Part shown: one piece after another, positions 1-10,330 of the stretch
Position numbering within the stretch: the stretch's first letter is position 1
Layout: every line of letters starts with the position of its first letter
Assembly (NCBI GenBank): GCA_963745035.1
Contig: CAVUVW010000013.1
Location: 1,632,001 to 1,696,000 of the forward strand
From: an uncultured delta proteobacterium
GTDB lineage: Bacteria > Desulfobacterota > Binatia > UBA9968
Length of the DNA: 64,000 nucleotides
Direction: 5' to 3'
The notes under the pieces: model-generated
Seen by the model: the letters and a program-made list of their open reading frames with translations, nothing else
Told to the model about the DNA's origin: nothing
Database searches by the model: none
Position numbers and translations under genes: made by a program

Positions 1-947
1 GCGATCTCCCGGGGGCGATAGCCGCGCCCGGTGATCACCGTGTACTTCTTGCCCTGCTTCACGAGGCGAACGTACAGCAAGGCCAAGGTTAAGCCGAGGA
101 TGAGCATGATGGCGCCGTACGCACCCGCCAAGCCGTAGTCGGGCAAACCGGTCGATGGCGTTGTCGAAGTAAAAATAAGCGAGCTGAGAACATGAATGCG
201 CGCGGGTAAGCCAATGATCGCCGGCACTTCGAAGACCGCGATGGCTGTCATGAACAAGTAGACCATCACCGCGGCGATGGCAGGCCACGTTATCGGAATG
301 TTGATCTTCAAGAAGGTTCTGAGCTTCCCCACACCGGAAGTGTAAGCGGCCTCCTCCAAGGACGGATCCATGGAGCGGTAAGCGGCGGCGAGCATGAAAA
401 ACGCACCGGGCACAAACGAGACGCCCTGCACGAACGCCATACCCGTCAGGCTGTATAAATTGAACGGCGGCTCGGCGAGAGAAAAAGCTTCTTGCAGCCA
501 TTTGTTGACCAGACCGATGCGCGGGCTGAGCAGCAGTATCCACGCGATGGTGCGCAGGAACACCGGAATAAGAATGCCGATGGTAAGCAGAACGTAGATA
601 GTTTTCTTGAACGGTATGTCCGTGCGCATGAGGATCCAGACCAGCGGCACGGCGATCACGAGCGTGATGGACACGGCGGAGACCGCGAAGAAAATCGTGT
701 TAGCGAGAATTTCGTAGGTTCGCGGCGTCAGGTAAACCGTCGAAAAGTTTTCCAGCGTGAATGGAACGCTCTCGCCGGGGAAGCCGGTGCGAAGGCTCAT
801 GAGAATGACCATCAGCACCGGCACCCCGATCAGCAATATCAATAATCCCGAGAGACCGGTCGCGAATAGCGTCACCCCCTGCGGCAGGAAGCGGCTCAAG
901 CCCTCCCATGCGCCCACGGTCGGTTCAGTGCGGGATTCTACCTTCAT
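1..947 (-). CDS. ABC transporter permease (FbpB/iron-type), truncated by the window edge
   Basis: Manual minus-strand translation from ATG 947 (MKVESRTEPT...LLILLIGVPVLMVILMSLRTG...IAWILLLSPRIGLVN...SMDPSLEEAAYTSG) shows multiple TM helices and an EAA loop; lies downstream of an SBP gene. Confidence 0.85.
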   Translation of the reverse strand, partial: MKVESRTEPTVGAWEGLSRFLPQGVTLFATGLSGLLILLIGVPVLMVILMSLRTGFPGESVPFTLENFSTVYLTPRTYEILANTIFFAVSAVSITLVIAVPLVWILMRTDIPFKKTIYVLLTIGILIPVFLRTIAWILLLSPRIGLVNKWLQEAFSLAEPPFNLYSLTGMAFVQGVSFVPGAFFMLAAAYRSMDPSLEEAAYTSGVGKLRTFLKINIPITWPAIAAVMVYLFMTAIAVFEVPAIIGLPARIHVLSSLIFTSTTPSTGLPDYGLAGAYGAIMLILGLTLALLYVRLVKQGKKYTVITGRGYRPREI

Positions 948-975
948 ATCGCCTTCCTATGCGGCGTACGCCGTC

Positions 976-2010
976 TCAATCGAAACCGAGGATCTTGCCG
1001 ATCTGTCGCGAAATCTTGTCGACTTTCTCGGCTTGGTCCTGCTTCATGTACAGCACTTTCTTGCCCTGGGCGAATTTATAGGCGTCCGTTCCGGGCACAT
1101 ACGCGGAAGTATGTCCGGTGTATTTTTTCCAGACCGGCTGCACTTCGGCGGAAGCCATGAAAGCGACCATGAGATGGCCCACATTCGGGTGCGCGGCGTT
1201 CTTCAGAACTCCTACGTGATACTCCGGCGAGACCACGGGTGAAACCTGTTCGGCAAACGCCAGCGGCGCGCCCGATTCCTTTGCCTCGTGCAGTTGGCTG
1301 TCTTGCAAAGTTGCCGATACCAGCACTTCGCCCAGAATCAGCCGCTGAGCCATTTCGCCAGCGCGGGTCAGCAGCGGTTTCTGCGCGGATAGCTTTTTGA
1401 TGAAATCGAGGGTTTTCTCGTCACCCCATGCACCGACCGCCAAACGACCCCAATGATGCGTTGAGTTGATGACGCCGATTTTGCCCTTCCATTTTGGATC
1501 GAGCAAATCTTCCCAGGTTTTTGGCACGTCTTTAGCGGGCAGGAGCTTGGTATTGTATGCCGGCAAGGCGAACTGGTTCGCGACGGACACTGTGCCGTTG
1601 TCATACTCCACTCTCTGCTTATCAACGCCGACCGTGGAGTAGTCAAAGGTTTTATGCTGCTTCCGCAGAAAAAGCGAACCGTGATGAGCATCGGTAACGA
1701 GCATGATGTCCCATTCCGGGGGTTGCCCCGAGGCGGACAAGCCAATAACTTTCGCGGTATCCCGCGTCATGTTTCCGGAGGGCGTGAAGTTGACCTTGAC
1801 GTTCAAGTTGTACTTTTTGTTGAACGCGGAAACGATTGCTTGAGCGCCTTCAGGACCTAACGTGGACGGGCCGTAGAAATCGATAACGCCTTCTTTCTTG
1901 GCGCCGGCGATCAGATCATCGACGGGGGCGGCAAAGCCGGGAGCGGTCAATACCACGAGGGCGATCAATCCCAGGCAAAAACCTGTGAGTTTCGTTAAAA
2001 AGCTGTTCAT
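976..2010 (-). CDS. ABC transporter substrate-binding protein (Fe3+/thiamine/polyamine-like cluster)
   Basis: Signal peptide; AKKEG, YNTKL..PKTWEDLLDPKWKGKI and NAAHPN motifs; GGAGG RBS. Confidence 0.85.
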   Translation of the reverse strand: MNSFLTKLTGFCLGLIALVVLTAPGFAAPVDDLIAGAKKEGVIDFYGPSTLGPEGAQAIVSAFNKKYNLNVKVNFTPSGNMTRDTAKVIGLSASGQPPEWDIMLVTDAHHGSLFLRKQHKTFDYSTVGVDKQRVEYDNGTVSVANQFALPAYNTKLLPAKDVPKTWEDLLDPKWKGKIGVINSTHHWGRLAVGAWGDEKTLDFIKKLSAQKPLLTRAGEMAQRLILGEVLVSATLQDSQLHEAKESGAPLAFAEQVSPVVSPEYHVGVLKNAAHPNVGHLMVAFMASAEVQPVWKKYTGHTSAYVPGTDAYKFAQGKKVLYMKQDQAEKVDKISRQIGKILGFD

Positions 2011-2049
2011 TCTATTCCTCCTTCGCTATTGGGTTTATCGGAGCAACCT

Positions 2050-2931
2050 CTATTTAGACGTCTCCCGATAGAAACTCTCGTCATAATAGTTCGCCAAATC
2101 TTGGCCCATCGGCGGCGTGAGTTTGAATTGCACGCGCAGATCGAGCACGCTCTGAAGGCCGGGCAAATTCAGCCGGCCGCTTTTGGGCAGTTGCCGCAGC
2201 CGATTGGCCGCCGCTTTTTCGTCGATCTTCTCGGCTTCGGCAAGGAGCCGGATCGCCTCATCGCGATTTTTTTCTTCGTGGCACCAGCGCAGCGCTTCAT
2301 TCCAGGCGCGCAGATATTTCAGTACCAGCACGCGGGTTTCATCCGCCCATCGCCGTCCCACCGCGTAAACTCCGCCTGGGTAGTCCGGCAGCACTTCGCG
2401 ATGATCGGCAAAACGGACCATCCCAGCCGCAGCGGCCTTGACGTCCCACGGCGGATTGAGAACGCCGGCGAAAGTTTCACCCTGCATCATCGAATCCAAG
2501 CGATGGCCGGTAGTCCCTTTGGCGATCAGCGTGTAGCCGCCGCGCTCCATTTCGAGGCCGTGTGCCAACAACACCCGCCGCAGCACCAGCGCATACGCCG
2601 TATCGACGGCGTCGACTGCCAGCGGCTTGCCGCGGAGATCCTCCCAAGTTTTGATCTCCGGCCGCACATAGACGGGCAAGGTGATACCTTGGGCCACTTG
2701 GGCGATGGCAACGATCTCAGTGCCTTCGCGGCCGGACCAGCCGAGCACGTTGTCGAAGGCTGTCGACACGATCTGCCAGACGCCTTTGCCAAGCCCGCGC
2801 ATCTGGTCTGTCGAGTTGGGCGTAACCAGGACATCCACTTCCAGACCTTCGGCGCCAAACATCGCTTTGGCGCGCCCCACGGCCAGAGCCGCATCGACAT
2901 TGAAGACGTTTACGAGCAACCGATCAGCCAT
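2050..2931 (-). CDS. NMT1/THI5/SsuA-like substrate-binding-fold protein, no obvious signal peptide
   Basis: FGAEGLEVDV, IKTWEDLRGKPLAVD, LNPPW motifs; start chosen at MADRLL. Confidence 0.75.
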   Translation of the reverse strand: MADRLLVNVFNVDAALAVGRAKAMFGAEGLEVDVLVTPNSTDQMRGLGKGVWQIVSTAFDNVLGWSGREGTEIVAIAQVAQGITLPVYVRPEIKTWEDLRGKPLAVDAVDTAYALVLRRVLLAHGLEMERGGYTLIAKGTTGHRLDSMMQGETFAGVLNPPWDVKAAAAGMVRFADHREVLPDYPGGVYAVGRRWADETRVLVLKYLRAWNEALRWCHEEKNRDEAIRLLAEAEKIDEKAAANRLRQLPKSGRLNLPGLQSVLDLRVQFKLTPPMGQDLANYYDESFYRETSK

Positions 2932-3023
2932 AATGATCTTCCGGGATAAGTTGCATTCTTTCCTCGCTCCTCTTTCCTCCCCCGCATCGCGAGGCAGCAT
3001 GAAGGTGGGAGCAGCGCGCTCAA

Positions 3024-4217
3024 CTACTGAATGTTCGGCCCGGTGTACTCGAGAACGTACAACCCGCCCTTGATCCGGTCCGTCACATAGATCAAACCGT
3101 CGGTGTCGACGTAGAGGTCGTTGAACATCGGCGCCTTCTGTCCGTCGGGCGCCGGCGGAATAAAGAATCCCACTTCTTCCGGGCGAAACTTGTTTCGGAT
3201 GTCGAACACGCGCAAACCGGCATTGTAATAGGTGATGAAAATAATGTTCTCACTGTGGAATGAGCCGGGACGCATCTCGTGCACGTTATGCGGCCCGAAA
3301 CGAAGACCGCGTTTGCAGAAATCGCCCTCCGGCACCGGGCAGGAGCTGACGATCACGGGATTTCTTTCCTCGCGGATATCGATGAGCCAAACCCGCTTCT
3401 CGCCCTCGGCGCAGTCGTATTTCACCGACTCGTCGACGGCGACGACGAGTTTTCTGCCCGGCAGCGGCAAGGTCGTGTGCGCATAGCCGCCGAACGGCGG
3501 GCTCCAGTCGATATGGCTGATGGTTTTCGGTCTGCTGATGTCCGAAATGTCCAGAATCGCCATGCCGGCGTCGACCAAAGCGACATAAGAGCGATTGCCG
3601 TCGGGGATGGCACCATGCACATGAAAATGCTCACCTTCGAACGGCGTCCAATCCGACGGCGTTTCTTCGCCTTCTTTAGTTCCCGGAATCCACCAGCGGC
3701 CCGCCTCTTTCGGATTGGTCGGATTGGAAATATCGGCGATCAGGTAGGCGCGCTCTTTGATGCCCGGCAGCATGGCGCCGACGTGCGCATACTTGCCGTC
3801 GGTGAACCACATGCGATGCACGCCCTTGCCGGGAATTTTTAGATTGCCGATCTCGCGCGGCTCCGTGGGTTTTTCGATGCTGTAGACTTTGATGCCGGCC
3901 TCATTGGGCGTGCTGGCGGGCAGGTTCCGGTCAAAATAAGGCCGTTCCTGATTTTGGATCAAGATATCGCCGGCGATCTGAACTTTATGTGAGTGGGTGT
4001 TCGGCGCGTGAGGGACTTGCGTCACCACGCGCGGATCGGTTGGATCGGCCACGTCGATGATGCTAAGAGCCATCGGCGAAGTGCCCAAGTGAGCGAGATA
4101 GACGTAGCGACCATGTTTTAGCAGCTGCATGCCATCGCCGTGACCATTGAGGTCGTGATGGCCGATGACTCGCATGTTCCAACTTTCGCTTTTCGCCTGC
4201 ATGTCCGCGATCGTCAT
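3024..4217 (-). CDS. LVIVD-repeat beta-propeller protein (His-rich, putative metallohydrolase)
   Basis: Repeats IIDVADPTDP, IADISNPTNP, ILDISDISRP, LIDIREERNP, VFDIRNKFRP; His motifs HSHK, VHRM, HVH, AHT, GPHN. Confidence 0.85.
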   Translation of the reverse strand: MTIADMQAKSESWNMRVIGHHDLNGHGDGMQLLKHGRYVYLAHLGTSPMALSIIDVADPTDPRVVTQVPHAPNTHSHKVQIAGDILIQNQERPYFDRNLPASTPNEAGIKVYSIEKPTEPREIGNLKIPGKGVHRMWFTDGKYAHVGAMLPGIKERAYLIADISNPTNPKEAGRWWIPGTKEGEETPSDWTPFEGEHFHVHGAIPDGNRSYVALVDAGMAILDISDISRPKTISHIDWSPPFGGYAHTTLPLPGRKLVVAVDESVKYDCAEGEKRVWLIDIREERNPVIVSSCPVPEGDFCKRGLRFGPHNVHEMRPGSFHSENIIFITYYNAGLRVFDIRNKFRPEEVGFFIPPAPDGQKAPMFNDLYVDTDGLIYVTDRIKGGLYVLEYTGPNIQ

Positions 4218-4379
4218 GGCGCCTCGTTTCCTTCGCTGAGCTGAATGCACGCTTTTGGCAGCGCGCATGGTTCTGTTATACTCCGGAAGTCGCAAAGTCA
4301 ATAATGGTACCTCTTGGACGCTGCGGGTTTTACATGTTAATAGCCCGTGCACAAATTGCGACATGAGTTAGGAGTCCGC

Positions 4380-5357
4380 ATGAAGCGAGTTGTGTTCTTT
4401 CTGGCCTTTGCATCTTTGATGTTCCACGCCAACGCGCATCCGCAGACCAAGCGCATTCCGGTCGCTTATAGCGCCGTCAGCGCGACTCAGTCCTCGTTCT
4501 ACCTCACCAAAGAAGCGGGTTATTTTGAAAAACATGGCTTGTTCGTCGATCCCGTTTACGTCGCGTCTGGAACCAAAGTCGCTCAGGCCATGATCGCCGG
4601 AGAGTTTCCGATAGCTTTGGCGGGCGGCACCGTGGTGAACGCGAACCTAGCCGGCGGCGATATTGCGATTTTTGGCGGCGTGACCAACGTGCCGTCGTTT
4701 TACGTTTTCGTGCATTCCTCGATCAAGCGACCAGAAGATCTCAAGGGCAAGACCGTGGGCATCACGACCTTTGGCTCATCGACGGATTTTTCTATTCGCT
4801 ACCTGATTAAGAAATTGGGCATGGAACCGGATCGCGATGTGAAAATTCTGCAGATGGGCGGGCAGCCGCAAATCGTCGCCGGAATGGTCGCCGGGGCGGT
4901 TCAAGCCGGTGTTTTGTCTTCACCCGCGAACTACAATGCGACCAAAGCGGGCTTTCAGATGTTGGTCGATTTCAAGAGCGTCGGTCTCGACTATCCCACT
5001 GTGAGCCTGGTCTCCACGCGATCTTACATCAAGTCGGATCCTCAGACCGTGCGGCGTTTCTTGATGGCTTACAGTGAAGGAACCGAACGTTTGTATCGCG
5101 ACAAAGAGTTCGCCATGAAAGTGATCGGCAAATACACCAAAACCGCCGACCGCGGAGCGCTCGAAGCCGGCTACAGCTTTGCCACGACTTTCGTGGAACG
5201 CCCGCCGCGCTTGCCTTACAAAGCCGTGGAAACGATCCTGGCGCAGATCGGCGAGAAAGATCCCAAGGCTAAAGCGCACAAAGCCGAAGATTTCATCGAT
5301 CCGACGTTCTATAACGAGTTGGAAAAGAACGGCTTCTTCAAATCCCTGTCGAAGTAA
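4380..5357 (+). CDS. NMT1/SsuA-family ABC substrate-binding protein
   Basis: Signal peptide; GYFEKHGL, EDLKGKTVGITTFGSSTD; GGAG RBS. Confidence 0.85.
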   Translation: MKRVVFFLAFASLMFHANAHPQTKRIPVAYSAVSATQSSFYLTKEAGYFEKHGLFVDPVYVASGTKVAQAMIAGEFPIALAGGTVVNANLAGGDIAIFGGVTNVPSFYVFVHSSIKRPEDLKGKTVGITTFGSSTDFSIRYLIKKLGMEPDRDVKILQMGGQPQIVAGMVAGAVQAGVLSSPANYNATKAGFQMLVDFKSVGLDYPTVSLVSTRSYIKSDPQTVRRFLMAYSEGTERLYRDKEFAMKVIGKYTKTADRGALEAGYSFATTFVERPPRLPYKAVETILAQIGEKDPKAKAHKAEDFIDPTFYNELEKNGFFKSLSK

Positions 5358-5399
5358 ATCTGCGTGGGGCCACCGCTCGGCGCCACTATCCCTTCGCAA

Positions 5400-6445
5400 A
5401 TGAAAGCGATCGTCCTCAGGCAATTCGGCGGCCCGGAAGCGCTGCGCCTTGAAGAGGTGCCCGCGCCGAAGCCGGCGGCGGGTGAGATTCTAGTCAGGAG
5501 TTCGCTCCGTATCCGTGAATCGCACGCTTGATTGCACTGTTCGCGCGGGAAAATATCCCGTCGAGATCAAAATGCCGCACGTGCTTGGCGTCGATCCAGC
5601 AGGTGAAGTCGTCGAGGTCGGCGCGGGCGTTGAGAGATTCAAAACCGGCGATCGCGTCGCCACGATCTCGGTCATGCCTTGTCTAAAATGCAAGCAATGC
5701 CTTAAAGGGTTGGAAGCCAATTGCCTCGCCAGCCAGCATATCGGCCTGCATCGCTGGGGCGGCTACGCCGAATATATCGCGGTGCCGGAGCGCAACGCGT
5801 TCAAGATTCCGCGACAACCTGAGCTTTGCCGAAGGGAGTGTGATCACGCGTCACTTTCCGATGGCGTTCAATCTGCTCACGAGCAAAACGACGATCAAAG
5901 CCGGCGAATGGGTACTGGTCATGGGTGCCGCCGGCGCCCTCGGTAGCTGCTGCGTTCAAGTTGCGAAGATGTACGGCGCCAAGGTGATTGCCGCGGCCGG
6001 CGCCGATGACCGCGTCGCAACAGCGCTGGAATACGGCGCCGATTTCGGGATCAACTATCGCAAACAGGATCTCGCGAAAGAAGTCATGAAGCTCACCGAC
6101 AACGACGGCGTCGATGTCGTCTGCGAAAACATCGCCGATCCCAGTCTTTGGCCCGGCGCCTTCAACAGCTTGGCGATTGCGGGGCGGTTGGTTACCGCGG
6201 GAGCGCACGGTGGCGGCATCGTCGAGCTGGACGTCAAGCGGCTGTATCTCCGCCGTCAAAGCATTCTCGGAGCCGCCGGCACCAATCCGCCGGATGTCGA
6301 GAAAGCACTGGACGCCGCTCGAGCCGGCAAAATTCGCGCGATGAATTTTCAAATCATGCCGCTGAGCGCCGCCGCCGAGGCCCACCGTATGGTCGAGAAG
6401 AACCAGATCGCCGGCAAATTGATTCTCGACCCGATGTTAGAGTAA
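5400..6445 (+). CDS. Zn-binding alcohol dehydrogenase/quinone oxidoreductase (MDR family), interrupted by two +1 frameshifts (~5498, ~5811)
   Basis: [21 protein letters not shown] continues in the next frame as [23 protein letters not shown], then [24 protein letters not shown]. Confidence 0.8.
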
Positions 6446-6505
6446 CCGCCGTCTCAACGATTGAAGCCGGCCAATGGCCGCACTTTCGTTAAGCCGTTCC
6501 ATAGA

Positions 6506-6628
6506 TGTCATCCTGAGCGTAACGCGAAGGATCTGCTTTTTCTTTTCTCCATTACGCACTCGATTGGTGCTAAAAAAAGACCCGCTTTAAAGCAGATTCT
6601 TCGTCAGCTATGCTTCCTCAGAAAGACA
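6506..6628. repeat. REP-like intergenic palindromic element (GTCATCCTGAG...CGAAGGATCT / AGATTCTTCG...CTCAGAAAGAC type)
   Basis: Two pairs of imperfect inverted arms: TGTCATCCTGAG/CTCAGAAAGACA and CGAAGGATCTGCT/AGCAGATTCTTCG. Confidence 0.75.
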
Positions 6629-6708
6629 TTGACGGCGGCAAACGCTCGGTCATTTACACCTCGAACCGCGCATGATAGAAACCAAGCAACGAGTCTAGGA
6701 GGTAAGTC

Positions 6709-7554
6709 ATGGCCCAGATCGTGTCGATCATCGGCATCACCCACAATCCGTTCATGCCGCGACTGTTCAAACAACCGCAGCAGCCGCCCGGCGCTGCCAA
6801 AGTCAAAGAGCGCATCGCCATGATGCGTGAGAAGCTCGCGGCGGCTAAACCCGACGTTCTGGTTTGCATCGGCAACGACCACCTGCACCAGTTTTTCATG
6901 GACAACATGCCGGCCTTCATGATCGGGAAGATGGAGGAGTACGACGGCACCTTCTACGACGAGGAGCGCGAATTCGGATTGCCGAAATGCAAGCTTGCCG
7001 GCGATGTCGACGTCTCCGACGCGATCATGGAAGGCGCGTTCGACCGCGGCGTCGATTTCGCCTACTCCAATGAATTGACTATCGATCATTCGATTATCGT
7101 GCCGATGCTTTTTGTCCGCCCTGAGATGGACATTCCCGTAGTGCCGATCCTGACCAATTGCATCGCGCCGCCGATGCCGAGACCGAAGCGCTACTTCGAA
7201 GTCGGCAAAGCGATCCGCGCGGCCATCGATAGTCTGCCGACAAACAAGCGCATCGGCGTGCTCGTGAGCGGCCATTTATCCCTAGAAGTCGGCGGTCCGA
7301 AGCAATTCGAGCGCCATTTGACCGATCCCAATTTTGACGCTGCCGCCGTCGGCTGGATCGTTAACGGCGACATCGACGGCGCTGCAGTGGGATGCACACC
7401 GGAGAAGATGATCGCGTCGGGTAATATGACCAGCGGCTACTTGAACTTTCTGATGATGATGGGTGTGGCGAACTCGACAAAGCCTTCATACGCGGAGGGC
7501 CTGGATGCCGGCTTTCCGGCAATCCCGTTTTTTAGTTGGGACAAGCAAGCGTAG
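6709..7554 (+). CDS. Class III extradiol ring-cleavage dioxygenase, LigB-like subunit
   Basis: GITHNP, PDVLVCIGNDHLHQFF, IDHSIIVP, PVVPILTNC, SGHLS motifs; GGAGG RBS. Confidence 0.85.
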   Translation: MAQIVSIIGITHNPFMPRLFKQPQQPPGAAKVKERIAMMREKLAAAKPDVLVCIGNDHLHQFFMDNMPAFMIGKMEEYDGTFYDEEREFGLPKCKLAGDVDVSDAIMEGAFDRGVDFAYSNELTIDHSIIVPMLFVRPEMDIPVVPILTNCIAPPMPRPKRYFEVGKAIRAAIDSLPTNKRIGVLVSGHLSLEVGGPKQFERHLTDPNFDAAAVGWIVNGDIDGAAVGCTPEKMIASGNMTSGYLNFLMMMGVANSTKPSYAEGLDAGFPAIPFFSWDKQA

Positions 7555-7566
7555 ACCGGTGGCCAA

Positions 7567-7839
7567 ATGGATTTGAGAATTCTCGCAACCGTCTTCACTT
7601 CAGTTTTCATCGCCGAGCTCGGCGATAAAACCCAGCTCGCGACGATGTTGTTCGCTGCCGACAAAGAGGCGAGCAAACTCACGGTTTTCATCGGCGCTTC
7701 ACTAGCCCTGGTGTTTACTTCAGCCATCGGGGTTCTAGCTGGCTCCATCATCTCACAATACGTTAGCGAAAAAACTTTGAGCTATCTGGCAGGCTTCGGT
7801 TTCATCGTGATCGGAATCTGGACTCTCGCGAGAGCATAA
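7567..7839 (+). CDS. TMEM165/GDT1 (UPF0016) family half-transporter
   Basis: FIAELGDKTQLATM signature; 3 TM helices. Confidence 0.9.
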   Translation: MDLRILATVFTSVFIAELGDKTQLATMLFAADKEASKLTVFIGASLALVFTSAIGVLAGSIISQYVSEKTLSYLAGFGFIVIGIWTLARA

Positions 7840-7851
7840 GAGGAAATCGCT

Positions 7852-8163
7852 ATGAGCAAGTACCTGATGAACAAACTGATTCACCTGGTCAACATGGACG
7901 AACAGGCGGAAGAGAAATACACCGCTAGCCCGCGCGACTTTGTTGAGAAGTGGGAGAAGACGCAAAAGCTAAAACTGGAGCCGGAAGAGCGCGAAGCGCT
8001 CGCGACCAAGGACTATGGCAAGCTCTATGCTCTCGGCGCGCACCCGTTTACTCTCTGGAGCTTTACTGAAGCTGTCTGGGTCCACGAAAAGGGCCGCGAA
8101 GAACTCGTCACCGACTATAAAGCTCAGGCGGCCAAAGCTGGCTATCCAAACTTCAAGACGTGA
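7852..8163 (+). CDS. LigA-like small subunit of an aromatic ring-opening dioxygenase
   Basis: MSKYLMNKLI..LEPEEREAL..DYGKLYALGAHPF pattern; close to the ligB-like gene. Confidence 0.7.
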   Translation: MSKYLMNKLIHLVNMDEQAEEKYTASPRDFVEKWEKTQKLKLEPEEREALATKDYGKLYALGAHPFTLWSFTEAVWVHEKGREELVTDYKAQAAKAGYPNFKT

Positions 8164-8244
8164 ACTATTGCCTGACGTTGCTGGCGATTGCCGCACCTGC
8201 GATCTGAACAGCCAGCTCGACACGTCCAGATAAGCATCTCGCGC

Positions 8245-9252
8245 CTACTGCACTTCGAAGCGTGTCTCCCGCTCGGAAACGTTGTTAAATGCTTTAGGTT
8301 GAACGATTCCTCGGCTGTAAAAAACCATGCGCAGAAATCCCGGGCTGCCGGTGATCCGATGTGAGATGCCGCGCGGGATCATCGCGGTCTGTCCGGCATC
8401 CAGCTCCATCGCGCCCCATTCGGTGTGGTTGAGCGAATGGCCGCGAAACTGAAACCATATCTCGTCCTCATCGCAGCCCCGGTGAAAACCGCGCTGTTCT
8501 TCTTCGAGATTGTAGACATCAACCCTGAACTCTTTGCCGTTATAGAGCACCGGCGCCCGGGCGCCACCCTTGCCGGTCATGCCGGTGAAATAATCGAAGG
8601 CGGCGATTTTCTTGACCGGCCGGGAACCGTCGGTGACGGCGCCGATTAGCGCCGCGGCGTCGCGCTCGATCCAAACATCCGATTGCGGATCCCAAAAGCT
8701 GATGTGCTCGAGTGTAAGGTCGTTCGGTTTTCCTTGGCCGGTGTGGCCGTTGGCGTTGAACGGCTCCGAAGACTGCACGCGGAATTTCGTTTGCGTCAGG
8801 GGCTTTTCCGGATCCACGCCCAGATTCAATAGCTCCCGGCTCGCCACGCGCAGGCGCAAACACTGATCACTGCCGGTCGAACGATGAGAAATCGCGGCGG
8901 GAATCAACAGCGTTTCACCGGGATCGAGCTCGACAACGCCGCACTCGCTCTCTACTTTAGAGTGGCCGGAAAACTGGAAAAAAATCACATCATGATCGGC
9001 CGCCCGCGTGAGCTGCTCTTCCGGACCGTCGAGAGATTCGGTCGCGATGCGCAGAGTATCGCCTTCCCAAACAGTCACGCGCGTACGATTGCCGGAGCGC
9101 GGCGCGCTGCGCAGCAAGTCGAAGGGCCGGATCTTCGGTACGATGCGCTGGCCCATGCGTGCGGTGCCGATCACGGCGCTCTCATCGCGCTCGACCCAGA
9201 TGTGCTCGTCGGGATCACGATGCGTCATGAATTCGCGAATTTTCTTGCCCAT
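8245..9252 (-). CDS. Tandem-duplicated cupin (bicupin), homogentisate-dioxygenase-like
   Basis: Two homologous halves (FFQFSG..ELDPGETLLIPAAISHR and WFQFRG..ELDAGQTAMIPRGISHR); FHRGCDEDE in the C-half; GAGG RBS before ATG 9252. Confidence 0.7.
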   Translation of the reverse strand: MGKKIREFMTHRDPDEHIWVERDESAVIGTARMGQRIVPKIRPFDLLRSAPRSGNRTRVTVWEGDTLRIATESLDGPEEQLTRAADHDVIFFQFSGHSKVESECGVVELDPGETLLIPAAISHRSTGSDQCLRLRVASRELLNLGVDPEKPLTQTKFRVQSSEPFNANGHTGQGKPNDLTLEHISFWDPQSDVWIERDAAALIGAVTDGSRPVKKIAAFDYFTGMTGKGGARAPVLYNGKEFRVDVYNLEEEQRGFHRGCDEDEIWFQFRGHSLNHTEWGAMELDAGQTAMIPRGISHRITGSPGFLRMVFYSRGIVQPKAFNNVSERETRFEVQ

Positions 9253-9323
9253 GCGATCCTCCTCTGGTTGAAACGGATTGTCGATGAAGTTTGACAATCC
9301 CATTACACCGAAGCCCAGGAGCG

Positions 9324-10303
9324 TTACAACTTGGGCTTCCAGCTTTTTTGAGCTCGGCGTAGACTTTCCTGATGATGCTGTAGTCGTAGAGGTTGGCCGG
9401 GTCGGGAGCACTCGGAGCTTTGATCAACTCGGCGCGGATGAGAACTTCTTCCTTGAGCACGTCATCGGGCACGGTGCCTTCGTCGGTCATGCTGGCCAAC
9501 GCGGTTTCATAGTCGACAAGCAGAGCTTCGGGGGAAAAAGGCGTGTGTTTGGCCACCATGGCGATGGTCGGCTCCTTGTAACGGCGCGCGAACTCTCGTC
9601 CCTTCGCCAGAGCACGAAGAAAGCGTTCCACCAGCGCAGGGTTTTCCGCAAGCAATCGGTTCGACACCGCCACGCCGTTCCAAACCAGCTGAATTTCCTT
9701 GCTGATGTCGGCGATAGTATTCGTGCGCATCTGCCCGATCTGCGCGATGTCTCGCGGCGACAACGGCGCGGCGTCGATGGAGCCCGAGAGAAATGCCGGG
9801 AAGCGCGCTTCGCTCCGGACCGCGATGAAAACAAACTGTTTCGGGTCCATCCGGTACTTCTTGAGCAGCAATAACGTCGCCAGATGCCCGGTGTCGCCGA
9901 ACGTGTTGATTGCGATCTTCTTGCCGATCAGGTCCTGGAGCGTCTTAATCTCGGGTTTGTTCGCAAGCAGCTTGTAGGTCGGTTGCGACTGATTGGTATA
10001 AACAATCTTGAGCGGTCCGCCGCGCAGAGCCGCGCTGAGCGCCGAGCCCGCCGAGGAGCTGAAGTGAATCTGCCCCGACAACAAGGTCTGCGTCGCCGAT
10101 CCGCCGCCGGACCTCATGATCTTGACGTTGAGACCTTCCTCGGCGAGATAACCCTTCTCCATCGCCGCGACATGATCCATGTAGGCTGCGCCGATCGAAG
10201 CGTAAGAAACCGTGATTTCCTCGGCAGCGCCCGCAAAACTCCAACCTGATAAAAATAGCGCCGAAAAAAATGGTAGTAGTTTTCTTTTTGCGATTTTCTT
10301 CAT
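9324..10303 (-). CDS. NMT1/SsuA-family ABC substrate-binding protein; probable 1-nt homopolymer deletion near the C-terminus
   Basis: KGYLAEEGLNVK, IKTLQDLIGKKIAI; one extra A in the run at ~9344-9349 gives LKKSWKPKL* (TAA 9324-9326) and removes the overlap with the cupin gene. Confidence 0.8.
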
Positions 10304-10330
10304 CACATGCCAGCGCTTTGGCCTATCGCT

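Noticed and set aside
4275-4301. TTGACT-15-TATAAC minus-strand promoter candidate
   Set aside because: The 15-nt spacer is short for sigma70; not enough support
5400-6445. Programmed frameshifting in the dehydrogenase or moxR
   Set aside because: No slippery heptamer or stimulatory structure seen, and similar indels are scattered across unrelated genes
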